NCBI GenBank assembly: GCA_965215005.1
Contig: CBDCCZ010000012.1
Span: forward strand, 1-64,000
Reading direction: 5' to 3'
Source of the DNA: Kofleriaceae bacterium
Lineage (GTDB): Bacteria; Myxococcota_A; Polyangia; Haliangiales; Haliangiaceae
Length of the DNA: 64,000 nucleotides
Shown: positions 38,635 to 47,266 of the stretch, piece by piece
How the letters are laid out: each line of letters opens with the position of its first letter
How positions within the stretch are numbered: position 1 is the first letter of the stretch
Notes under the pieces: generated by a model
What the model was told of the DNA's origin: nothing
Databases searched by the model: none
What the model saw: only the letters and a program-made list of their open reading frames with translations
Program-made: the position numbers and the translations under genes

Positions 38635-38650
38635 GTGCGGGGTCGGCACC

Positions 38651-38666
38651 AGCAGAACACGTGCCG
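38651..38666 (-). promoter_or_regulatory. sigma54 promoter for the Omp85-kinase operon
   Basis: CGGCACGTGTTCTGCT (GG-N10-GC); -12 C is 18 nt before GTG 38634. Confidence 0.6.
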
Positions 38667-38913
38667 GAGCAGACAGATGCCGCCCCGCCTGCATCGGCTG
38701 CCCTCGCCACCGCGACCTCGGGAGCGCGTCGTCTCGAGGTTGTTGCGGGGCAGCGCAAACGAATCGTGCACCGCCGCGCACTGGGTGACACGGCGGTTCC
38801 ACCTTCAGCGGCGTCCCAGATGTATCAAAAACCCGCCCAGCACGAATGCCACCGTGAGACACTTCGCCTCGCCCCCGCCCGTCACGCGACAGCGCGTCAA
38901 CGGGACCGAGTCG

Positions 38914-38929
38914 CGGCACGCCGCTTGCG
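38914..38929 (+). promoter_or_regulatory. sigma54 promoter for the metallophosphoesterase
   Basis: CGGCACGCCGCTTGCG matches GGCACG-N4-TTGC; -12 C is 17 nt before ATG 38945. Confidence 0.7.
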
Positions 38930-38944
38930 CCGCTCCCGGCGCTC

Positions 38945-40231
38945 ATGCGTTCCTCGCCCCTCCTGTTCTGGCCCTTCGCCGTCGCCTTGCTCACGACCGT
39001 CACCGGCGCCACCTGCAAGAGCGACCCGGACTGGCAGGGCGTGGTCGAGGTCACGCCCATCGAGCGACCGGCCCTGGGCGCCTGCGGTCCCGGCACCATT
39101 ACCGCTCTCGGCGGAAAGTCGCTGATGCGCGCCCCCTATCTCCAGAGCGTGAGTGGCGACAGCGCGGTGGTGGTGTGGGCGGCGTGGCCGGGCGAGGCAC
39201 GCCGAGTCGAGGTCCACCGTCCCGACCAGAACCCGGTGACCACGGCAACCGCTCGGTACGCCGGTCGCCTTCCGCGCGCGCAAGCGGTGGCCGCGCTACC
39301 CGACGAGCCGCAGGAAACCGTTGCTCCAGACAACTTCTACCTCGAACGCGCCGACTTGAGCGGGCTGGAGCCCGGCCGCCTGTATTGTTATCGACTGGTG
39401 AGCGCCGCCGGCACGCTGGTCGATTGGGCGCCGCTGCAGACCGCCCCCGCCGCCGATGCGGATACGCCGGTGGAGGTGGCGGTGCTGGGCGACTCTGGCA
39501 CTGGCAACGCTGCACAGCGCGCGATCGCCAAGCGTCTCGAGGAATCACCGTTCGAGCTCATGCTGTTTCTGGGCGACATCGCCTACAAGAGCGGCACACC
39601 GAGCCAGCTGCAGCACCGATTCTTCGACATCTACCAGCCGTTCTTGCAGTTCGTCCCCGCCTGGCCGTCGCTGGGCAATCACGAATATCGCACTCGCAGC
39701 GGCCAGCCGTACCTCGACGCCTTCGTGTTGCCCAACAACGAGCGCTGGTACTCCTTCGACTGGGGCGACACCCACTTCGTCGCGCTCGACACCAATCGGA
39801 TCGGTCGCGAGCAGGCGCGCTGGCTCGACGAGGACCTCAGTGCCACCGACCGCCGCTGGGTCGTCGTGTATGGCCACCACCCGCCGTTTACGTCGGCCAA
39901 GCGCGGCCCCAGCGTCCGCTTTCGCCGCTATTTCGAGCCCCTCATAGAGCGCCACCAGGTCGACCTAGTGCTCGCCGGCCACGAGCACCAGTACGAGCGC
40001 ACCAAGCCAATCTCCGGAACCACCTACATCGTGAGCGGCGGCGGTGGCGGCCGTCTCACCGGCGGCACACCCGAGCTGTATACGGAAGTTCACCGTTCGG
40101 TGCATCATTACCTGACGCTGCAGATCACCCACGACGCGCTGCGCGTGCGGGCGATCGACATCGAAGGCAAAACGTTTGACGAGGTTACCCTGCAGCCGCG
40201 CGACCGGCAGCGACCCGCGCCTACCCCGTGA
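38945..40231 (+). CDS. Exported purple-acid-phosphatase-like metallophosphoesterase
   Basis: Signal peptide with possible lipobox (GAT-C); FN3-like 'LSGLEPGRLYCY'; GDSG, GDIAY, GNHE, GHHP, GHEHQYER, VSGGGG. Confidence 0.92.
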   Translation: MRSSPLLFWPFAVALLTTVTGATCKSDPDWQGVVEVTPIERPALGACGPGTITALGGKSLMRAPYLQSVSGDSAVVVWAAWPGEARRVEVHRPDQNPVTTATARYAGRLPRAQAVAALPDEPQETVAPDNFYLERADLSGLEPGRLYCYRLVSAAGTLVDWAPLQTAPAADADTPVEVAVLGDSGTGNAAQRAIAKRLEESPFELMLFLGDIAYKSGTPSQLQHRFFDIYQPFLQFVPAWPSLGNHEYRTRSGQPYLDAFVLPNNERWYSFDWGDTHFVALDTNRIGREQARWLDEDLSATDRRWVVVYGHHPPFTSAKRGPSVRFRRYFEPLIERHQVDLVLAGHEHQYERTKPISGTTYIVSGGGGGRLTGGTPELYTEVHRSVHHYLTLQITHDALRVRAIDIEGKTFDEVTLQPRDRQRPAPTP

Positions 40232-40252
40232 TCGAGGTCATGGCGCGGCGCA

Positions 40253-40268
40253 TGGCACAACCGTTGCC
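40253..40268 (+). promoter_or_regulatory. sigma54 promoter
   Basis: TGGCACAACCGTTGCC, near consensus, followed by GGAGG SD and ATG 40303. Confidence 0.75.
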
Positions 40269-40302
40269 TTGTACGGCGCTTTCAACGCCAACGGAGGACT
40301 TC

Positions 40303-40659
40303 ATGACCCGTAGACTCTTTGCCCCGCTGCTTCTCGTGCTCGCTCTTCTCGCTCCCGGCTGCATCATCGTGAGCGATGACGATCTCGACGACTCGACGCT
40401 ATCCGTCGTCAATGACTCGGATTACACCCTCATCGACATCGCAGTAACTCCCACCGGGAGTCGCACCTGGGGCCCGAATCTCGCGCCGCCAGGAGGCCTC
40501 TATCCCGACGAGATCATCACCATCAGCCTCGACTGCGGCACCTATGATGCGCGCGTCATCGATGACTTGGGCGCCGAGTGCATCCTGTCCCGGCTCGATC
40601 TTTGTTACCAAGACGCCGACTGGGTCATCACCAACGGCGCGCTCGCCGGCTGCTTCTAA
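40303..40659 (+). CDS. Small beta-sandwich lipoprotein
   Basis: APG-C lipobox; 'N.S...I....P.....WG.NL....L.P......CG.YD....D....C'. Confidence 0.75.
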   Translation: MTRRLFAPLLLVLALLAPGCIIVSDDDLDDSTLSVVNDSDYTLIDIAVTPTGSRTWGPNLAPPGGLYPDEIITISLDCGTYDARVIDDLGAECILSRLDLCYQDADWVITNGALAGCF

Positions 40660-40746
40660 GCTCAGCGCTGCTCCAGCCAGTGAAGGTGCCGTCACTTCGC
40701 TGCCGAATTCGCTGACCTCGCGCTGCGAGTTCGCTACAACGCGTGG

Positions 40747-42333
40747 GTGACCACGCGCCTGCTGATTCTCACCCTCGGAGTCCTCACTGCCTGCGGCGGG
40801 GACTCCGACTCAGGCGGTGACCAGACCGCCATTGCGTTCCCGGAACCAGGCTCGACCTCGGCCGCCTCCGGACGTGAGAGCTTCTCCTTTGGCGTCGCCA
40901 CCGCCGCGACTCAAATCGAAGACCAAAATCCGGATGTGGATTGGTATCTCTGGACGCTGCCCAGCGACCAGGGAGGCCTCGGCAAAGGCCCCTTCGTCGG
41001 CGAGGCCAGCCGCGGCTTCTCGCGCGCCGTCGACGACGTCGAGCTGATTGCCGCCCTGCATCTCGACGTCTACCGGTTCAGCATTGAGTGGGCGCGCGTC
41101 GAGCCGCAGCGCGACGTCATCGACGAGAGCGCGCTCGCTCATTATGACGACGTGATCGATGCGCTTGGCGCTGCCGACATCGAACCGGTGGTCACCATCC
41201 ACCACTTCGCCAGTCCCATCTGGGTCGATGATCCGCGCCTCGGCCCCGCCTGTCCCGACGGCCCGAGCGACACCAACCTGTGCGGCTGGGACGACGAGGC
41301 CGGCGCCGAGCTCATCATCGAAGAGCTGGCTGAGCACGCTCGACTGCTGGCCACCCGCTACGGCGACCGCGTCGATGACTGGCTCACCATCAATGAACCC
41401 GTCAACTATCTCCTGGCGTCCTATGGCGTCGGCTTCTTTCCGCCGGGGCGCGGCTTTCTCCTCTCGGACTTCCCGACCTTCATGACCGTCGTCCGCAACT
41501 ATCTCCGGGCACACGTCGCCATCTACGATGCCATCAAGGCCGCTGACACCATCGATGCCGATGGCGACGGCATCGCCGCCAGCGTTGGTCTCACCCTCAA
41601 CGTCGCGGAGTGGGTTGCCGCGCGCAGCGGTCGCCTCAGCGAGCAGCCCGACGACATCGCTGCCGCTGAGCGGGTTCGCTACGCGTATCACCACCTATTC
41701 GTCGACTCGATCTTGAATGGCACCTTTGATGGCAACCTTGACCAAGTGGCCGACGAAGAACACCCCGACTGGACTGGCAAGCTCGATTGGCTGGGCGTGC
41801 AGTACTACAGCCGCATCAGCGTCACCGCCGAACCCGCCGTCATTCCAGGAATCGACGCCATGGTGTGCTTTGGCAGCTTCGATCTCGGCTCATGCGTGCC
41901 GCCGCAAGAGCCCACCCACTGGGTCCCCGCGATGCGCTACGAGTATTACGAGCCGGGCATCTACAACGTACTCGTGGACTTCGCCGAGCGTTGGCCGACG
42001 CTGCCGATGGTGGTCACCGAGTCGGGACTGGCCACCGACGTAGGCCGTCGCCGCGCCGAGCACGTGGTGCGGTCGCTCGAGCAGATCGCCAGCGCGCGCG
42101 CAGCAGGCGCCGACGTGCGCGGATACTGGCACTGGAGCCTCACCGACAACTTCGAGTGGGCCGAGGGGTATGAGCCGCGATTTGGCCTCTATCGCGTCGA
42201 CTACGACACCTACGAGCGCACCGCCACCGAGGGCGCCGACGTGCTCGGCGACATCGCCGAGAGCCGCGTGCTAACGGCGGCGATGCGCGCGATGTACGGG
42301 GGGCTCGGCCCGATGACGCCGGAGGAGCCGTAG
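40747..42333 (+). CDS. Glycoside hydrolase family 1 lipoprotein
   Basis: LTA-C lipobox; FGVATAATQIE, YRFSIEWARVEP, TIHHF, INEP (acid/base), VTESG (nucleophile), WSLTDNFEW, PRFGL. Confidence 0.93.
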   Translation: MTTRLLILTLGVLTACGGDSDSGGDQTAIAFPEPGSTSAASGRESFSFGVATAATQIEDQNPDVDWYLWTLPSDQGGLGKGPFVGEASRGFSRAVDDVELIAALHLDVYRFSIEWARVEPQRDVIDESALAHYDDVIDALGAADIEPVVTIHHFASPIWVDDPRLGPACPDGPSDTNLCGWDDEAGAELIIEELAEHARLLATRYGDRVDDWLTINEPVNYLLASYGVGFFPPGRGFLLSDFPTFMTVVRNYLRAHVAIYDAIKAADTIDADGDGIAASVGLTLNVAEWVAARSGRLSEQPDDIAAAERVRYAYHHLFVDSILNGTFDGNLDQVADEEHPDWTGKLDWLGVQYYSRISVTAEPAVIPGIDAMVCFGSFDLGSCVPPQEPTHWVPAMRYEYYEPGIYNVLVDFAERWPTLPMVVTESGLATDVGRRRAEHVVRSLEQIASARAAGADVRGYWHWSLTDNFEWAEGYEPRFGLYRVDYDTYERTATEGADVLGDIAESRVLTAAMRAMYGGLGPMTPEEP

Positions 42334-42487
42334 CGGTTGCCCGCTGGGCGTGGCCGCGCACCCGAGCGGCCACGCGCGCCACAGACCTGGCGAGGCATCA
42401 GCGCGCAGACTTGGGGCGGAGCCGGGACCGGTCGTAGGGTGCTGCGCAAGGCATGGGAGCGGATGCGCCCACGGGGTGCACGATGGC

Positions 42488-42503
42488 TGGAACGAGCCCT
42501 GCA
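42488..42503 (+). promoter_or_regulatory. Putative sigma54 promoter
   Basis: TGGAACGAGCCCTGCA (GG-N10-GC); -12 C is 14 nt before ATG 42516. Confidence 0.55.
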
Positions 42504-42515
42504 GCTGCCCGGTTC

Positions 42516-42902
42516 ATGAATCCTGAGCTCGACCTGGAGACCGCCCGTCGCATCCTTCGTGAGCGGCGGGAAGACTTGTTCAAGGAGCAACGCGAAGAGC
42601 GCGACCGAACCGAGTCGCTACTAGAGCGACGCGTCGATCGCGAAGGCGAGGAAGGCGACGCGGCCGTCCTGAGTCGCACCGTGTCGCTAGATCGGCAGCT
42701 AAACGATCGCGACACCGAGCGGCGACACCTCATCGATGACGCGCTCGATCGCATCGAGACAGGCACCTATGGCAGCTGCGTGCGCTGCGACGAGCCAATA
42801 GGCGCCGACCGCTTGCGGGCCATTCCTGAGACCCCGCTGTGCATCGCCTGCGCAGAGGATGCCGAGAAGCAGCTCGAGCACCATCAATCGCTGGGGCTCT
42901 GA
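42516..42902 (+). CDS. TraR/DksA family C4 zinc-finger protein
   Basis: Coiled coil with EEGDAA tip; IDDALDRI..GTYG.CVRC...I...RL.AIP....CIAC. Confidence 0.92.
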   Translation: MNPELDLETARRILRERREDLFKEQREERDRTESLLERRVDREGEEGDAAVLSRTVSLDRQLNDRDTERRHLIDDALDRIETGTYGSCVRCDEPIGADRLRAIPETPLCIACAEDAEKQLEHHQSLGL

Positions 42903-42911
42903 AGCAGCTGG

Positions 42912-43505
42912 CTAGTGATTCAGGAGAGCTTGCACGGCCGGCAAGTCCGCTTCTTCGACGGCGGCGGCGCGAACGCATCGCATCCGGCCCTTGGGGTCGA
43001 TCAAGACGTGCACCGGTAGCGAGCTGGCCCCCACGCCGAGGCTCTCGAGCCAAGGCGTCAGAGCCGCAGCATCTGCCAAGCGCAGGCTCGGCGGCGTCGC
43101 GGGATGCGCGCTGCGAAACTGCTCCAGTGCCGCTGCGTCATCATCGACGTTGACGAACTGCAGCGTAACGGTGGTGCCGTCGGCCGCCAGCCGCCGCTGC
43201 CAAGTGAGCAGTCGCGGCAGCTCCTCTACGCATGGCGCGCACCAGGTTGCCCAAACGTTGAGCCACTGCCAACCAGGTGCCGCTGCCGGCGGGGCCTGCA
43301 GCGCCGGCCATACGAACGGCGGCGCCTCCGCGCTCTCGTGCAGCACGTCGCACAGCTCCGCCGGGGTCGGCGCATCGCCGGCATTGGCGACAACGGCATT
43401 GACGCGCTCGCGGCCGCGGCTCGCAGACGGTGCCGAGTCTCCTCGGCAGCCCAGGAGCAGCGCGCCCAAGAGCGCCGCTATCCTCAGAGTCGACAATCGA
43501 TCCAT
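42912..43505 (-). CDS. TlpA-family thioredoxin-like lipoprotein
   Basis: LLG-C lipobox; NVWATWCAPCVEELP; LP...LIDPKG. Confidence 0.9.
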   Translation of the reverse strand: MDRLSTLRIAALLGALLLGCRGDSAPSASRGRERVNAVVANAGDAPTPAELCDVLHESAEAPPFVWPALQAPPAAAPGWQWLNVWATWCAPCVEELPRLLTWQRRLAADGTTVTLQFVNVDDDAAALEQFRSAHPATPPSLRLADAAALTPWLESLGVGASSLPVHVLIDPKGRMRCVRAAAVEEADLPAVQALLNH

Positions 43506-44182
43506 GCGATGAACGCGCTGCGGTTGATGTCTTGCGAGCGGCACGCTTGGCCGCTGCGCTGCCAGTCGCAGAAGCTCTCGTCGAGCTGCGCGTATTCCTC
43601 GCCGAGCCACAAGAGCCCAACCTCGCGCTCGAGATCAGGATCTTGAAACGACTCGCGCAGGTGTGTCATCAGCGCTTCGGCGCGAGCTTGCGAGAGCGTG
43701 CGATTGCTCTCCACAGTGCCTTCCGGGGACGCTCGTGCAACGACGAAGAAGTAACTCGCGCCGCGCTGCTCGGCGAAGACCTTCTCGATCAACGTTTGCC
43801 CGGCATCGTCGAGCTCGGCCTTTCCTTGCTCGAACTGAACGATGCCGCCTCGCTCGCGCATCGGCAAGAACAACGCGTTGAAGTCCGCTCCGGTCATCGT
43901 CGCGACTCGCTTGGCGTCGACTGGCTGACAGCCCCGCGCGCTCTCGCCGCTGCCAGCGTCGAGCAAGCCGCAGCTCTTGAGCACACGGCGAAGGATGCGC
44001 TTGAGCTCGGGCGTGCAGTACTGCTCATCGGCCGCGCTCGCGACCGCAACGCCTGCGGCGGGTGCGTCCACCGCCTGCTCGGCCGCGAGTCGATCCTCGG
44101 CGCCGCCGATCCACAACAAGCTACTGACGAGCGGAAACAGCGCGCAGAGCGCCAACGCTCCGAGTCGCAGCGGGGCATTCAT
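43484..44182 (-). CDS. Exported OmpA-like (peptidoglycan-binding) domain protein
   Basis: F..GKAELD, ASPEG....NRTLSQARA, LGE, NR; N-terminal hydrophobic segment; several Cys. Confidence 0.75.
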   Translation of the reverse strand: MNAPLRLGALALCALFPLVSSLLWIGGAEDRLAAEQAVDAPAAGVAVASAADEQYCTPELKRILRRVLKSCGLLDAGSGESARGCQPVDAKRVATMTGADFNALFLPMRERGGIVQFEQGKAELDDAGQTLIEKVFAEQRGASYFFVVARASPEGTVESNRTLSQARAEALMTHLRESFQDPDLEREVGLLWLGEEYAQLDESFCDWQRSGQACRSQDINRSAFIAWIDCRL

Positions 44183-45792
44183 GGGCTCTCCTCCTGCCCG
44201 GGCGCCGTAGGCGTGGGCTCGTCATCCTCGGCGGGCTCGATAGATGGAATGTCTTCGACGGGCGGTTCTTCGAGGGCTTCGTCGGGCGCGAGGGGGGCGT
44301 CATCGACGGGGGCGTCATCGACGGCTTCGGCCGCTGATGGCGCATCGTCGACCGCGGCTGGCGGAGGCGCCGCCGGGCGTTCCGGCGCGCGCACCGGGGC
44401 CGCCGCCTCAGGAGCAACCCCAGGATCGGCCTCGGGCTCGGCCTCAGCTGGCTCAGGAGCAGCGACGGGAGCCGCCGAGCTCGGCTCGGCCACCAGCGTG
44501 CCGCTTCGGTGCGCCTGCAGCATTCGCGACAGCGCGAAGTCGAGCCCGATATCGACATCTTCGTCGCACAGTTTCACGCCCCCCACGTACAGCTGCGGCG
44601 TGAGCACAGGCAGCTGATTTTGCACCGCCCAGCGCAGCGAACGATTGAGGCGTGAGCGCACCTGCGCCGAGCCGATGCATCCAGCCAGAGCCGGAAATTC
44701 AGCCTTGACCATCGCCGCGGCGGCACCCGGATCGGCGGCAGCGGCGGCTCGCACTTCCTGTTGTCGCGCAAACGCCCAGCGCAGAACCTCGTCGGCGCCT
44801 TCGCCCGCACACAGCACCGCCTCGCTCACCGCACAGGCCCCGGGATGAATGGCAGCGTCCACCATCCAGTTGCACTGGTCATCGAGCGGAAACAGCAGCG
44901 CGACGCGATGCATTTGCGAGGTCAGCTCGGTGGCTTGCAGTCGCTCTTCGAAACCGGCACACGCTGGACACAGCGGATCGAGCACCTCGATCACCGGCAC
45001 GCCGCGCACGTGATCATCGATTGGCACCAGCACTTCATAGGGGTCTTCGGGCGCCGCCAAGGCCCCACACGTTCCTATAAAACGCTCGTGGCTCGGCGCC
45101 GCCATCAGGTACACCAGCGACGGGACGAGAACGAACCCAATCCCGATGAGCGTCATCGCCAGCAAGTAGCGCTCGCTGGTCGCGCTCGCCGCGGTCAGCG
45201 CCGGGGCCGCGGCAGGCTGGCCGCCCATCCACGCCGGATCCGCTCCTTGCCCGTGCACCGGTTTGGCGACCGCGACGACCTCATCATCGCCACCGCGGCG
45301 AGCAGCGAGCAGCAGCCCGATCCCGCCCGCCAAGCACGTCGCGCTGGCCAGATAGATGCCCATACACAGCTTACAAACCGCATCGAGGACCACCAGCGAC
45401 AAATAGCCCATCACCAGCGAGGTAGCGGCCGGCACCGCAGTGGCCACCGCCAGCAGACCGACGGCTCGGAGGTCGCGCTGCCGGCCCGAGAGCAGCAGCT
45501 CGACCGCGAAGAACAAGAGGAACGCGAACACGGCCATCGCAGGCAGCGAGATCGGCAATCCACCCCAGACGGTGGCGCGGAACACCGACGAGTACGGGCT
45601 CACCAGCGTCACCTGACATCCCGACTCGCCAACCTCCGGTCCCGATAGGCCTGGCACGAACGAGCAGTGCACGTCGTGCACCTGGCGATCGAGATGCATG
45701 ACGAAGTCGTACGTCGAGACGCTGGCGAACATCAGCCCGACGAACGCCCCCGCCGCGACGACGATCGTCCACGGTTGAGCCTTGATGCGCAT
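44179..45792 (-). CDS. Vitamin K epoxide reductase (VKOR) fused to a DsbA-like thioredoxin domain
   Basis: Loop cysteines CSF...C, SPYS, TM helices, CKLC; then DPLCPAC, FPLD..CN...H.GAC, TP; acidic Pro-rich tail. Confidence 0.88.
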   Translation of the reverse strand: MRIKAQPWTIVVAAGAFVGLMFASVSTYDFVMHLDRQVHDVHCSFVPGLSGPEVGESGCQVTLVSPYSSVFRATVWGGLPISLPAMAVFAFLLFFAVELLLSGRQRDLRAVGLLAVATAVPAATSLVMGYLSLVVLDAVCKLCMGIYLASATCLAGGIGLLLAARRGGDDEVVAVAKPVHGQGADPAWMGGQPAAAPALTAASATSERYLLAMTLIGIGFVLVPSLVYLMAAPSHERFIGTCGALAAPEDPYEVLVPIDDHVRGVPVIEVLDPLCPACAGFEERLQATELTSQMHRVALLFPLDDQCNWMVDAAIHPGACAVSEAVLCAGEGADEVLRWAFARQQEVRAAAAADPGAAAAMVKAEFPALAGCIGSAQVRSRLNRSLRWAVQNQLPVLTPQLYVGGVKLCDEDVDIGLDFALSRMLQAHRSGTLVAEPSSAAPVAAPEPAEAEPEADPGVAPEAAAPVRAPERPAAPPPAAVDDAPSAAEAVDDAPVDDAPLAPDEALEEPPVEDIPSIEPAEDDEPTPTAPGQEESP

Positions 45793-45969
45793 GATGGGCG
45801 GGATCGTTTCACGGACCCCGCCGCGGCTCAACTATCGTGAGCGATTCTCTCGCAGCGCCAGTCCACCGCGGCATGCCGTGAGCTCATTGTGGGCACTGCA
45901 CCCACGACAGCGCCTTCCGACCCGCGCGATGCGTTCCGACGAAGTCGGTAAAATATCTTGCTCGTGTCA

Positions 45970-45996
45970 TCAAGTGCCACCCGTGTTGGCCGATCC
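45970..45996 (+). promoter_or_regulatory. sigma28 (FliA/SigD)-type promoter
   Basis: TCAA-N15-GCCGATCC versus consensus TAAA-N15-GCCGATAA; ATG 8 nt downstream. Confidence 0.65.
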
Positions 45997-46004
45997 ACCC
46001 GCCG

Positions 46005-46175
46005 ATGCGCATCGACTCGCTCCCCATGGACATGCAGATCTTCATGGCCCAGGCGCGCAAAGTGCGCGAGCTTCAGGAAAGCCAAGGCCGCGCCGCGATT
46101 TCCTTGATCGAGGGTGCCGCGACCCCGCCGCCATCCCCCGATGGCAAGGGCCGGCACATCAACATCAAAGTATAG
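46005..46175 (+). CDS. 56-aa YjfB-like (putative motility) small protein, absent from the ORF track
   Basis: MRIDSLPMDMQIFMAQARKVRELQESQGRAAISLIEGAATPPPSPDGKGRHINIKV; GC3-biased; ends in G-x-x-I-N-x-x-V as in YjfB-type proteins. Confidence 0.7.
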   Translation: MRIDSLPMDMQIFMAQARKVRELQESQGRAAISLIEGAATPPPSPDGKGRHINIKV

Positions 46176-46245
46176 GCGCCCCGCACCGCCACCAGAGCGC
46201 CCGCCCGAGTTTTCGCGACCGATGCCCCCGCGCTAGATTGCGCGG

Positions 46246-47256
46246 GTGAACATTCTCATCATCGGCGGCACTCGCTTCGTCGGCACGCTCCTGGGATGGC
46301 GACTTCTCGCTGCCGGTCACCGGGTCACGCTGCTCAATCGCGGCACCCGGCCCAATCCCTTTGGTGACCGCGTGGAGCACCTGCGCGCCGATCGCACCAC
46401 CGATGCGTTCACTCGCGTGTTGGCAAACCGCCGGTTCGACGCCACGGTAGACTTCGCGGCCTACACCGAGCTCGACGCGCGCGGCGTGCTCGCTCACGCC
46501 GAAGCTCTCGGCCACTACGTGCTCATCAGCTCGGGCCAGGTGTATCTGGTGCGCCACCCGCGCCCGGTGCTCGCCACCGAAGCCGATTACGACGGCCCGC
46601 TCATGCCGCGGCCTACCGCGCCTGCCGATGCCAGCGAGTGGGACTACGGCGTCGGCAAGCGCGGCTGCGAAGATGCGCTCTGCAGCTCGTCGATGCCGCA
46701 CACCATCTTGCGCCTGCCGATGATCAACGGCGAGCTCGACTATTATCGCCGAATCGAAGGCTATCTATGGCGCCTGCTCGACGGCGGGCCGCTGCTGCTC
46801 CCTGGCGGCGGGCAGGCACCGCTGCGCCACGTCTATGGCGACGACGTCGCGCGGCTCATTGTGTCCCTGCTCAGCCGCCCCGCCACCTTCGGCCGCGCCT
46901 ACAACGTTGCGCAGCTCGAGACCCCGACGCTGATCGAGCTCCTCGAGCACCTCGCCAGCCGCCTTGGCGTCACCGCCGCAAGCTCCACGCGCCGGCTCGA
47001 GCTCCTGTCCATCGCCCACGCGCAGCTCGAGGATGCAACGCTCGCCGCGGTCGAGGTGTCGCCCTTCTCCGGTCAATGGATGTCGTATCTCGATCCCAGC
47101 CGCGCCATCGCCGAGCTCGAGCTGCGGCAGCAACCGCTAACCGCGTCGCTAGACAGCATCGTGGCCCATTTTCTGGCCGCACCACCAGCCGCGCCACCGC
47201 CCGGTTATCGCCATCGCGCCGCCGAGCTCGCGCTGGCCCGCACGCTCGGCGGCTAA
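46246..47256 (+). CDS. NAD-dependent epimerase/dehydratase (atypical SDR)
   Basis: ILIIGGTRFVG, LNRG, ISSGQVY, YGVGK. Confidence 0.9.
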   Translation: MNILIIGGTRFVGTLLGWRLLAAGHRVTLLNRGTRPNPFGDRVEHLRADRTTDAFTRVLANRRFDATVDFAAYTELDARGVLAHAEALGHYVLISSGQVYLVRHPRPVLATEADYDGPLMPRPTAPADASEWDYGVGKRGCEDALCSSSMPHTILRLPMINGELDYYRRIEGYLWRLLDGGPLLLPGGGQAPLRHVYGDDVARLIVSLLSRPATFGRAYNVAQLETPTLIELLEHLASRLGVTAASSTRRLELLSIAHAQLEDATLAAVEVSPFSGQWMSYLDPSRAIAELELRQQPLTASLDSIVAHFLAAPPAAPPPGYRHRAAELALARTLGG

Positions 47257-47266
47257 CGCTCGCGAC

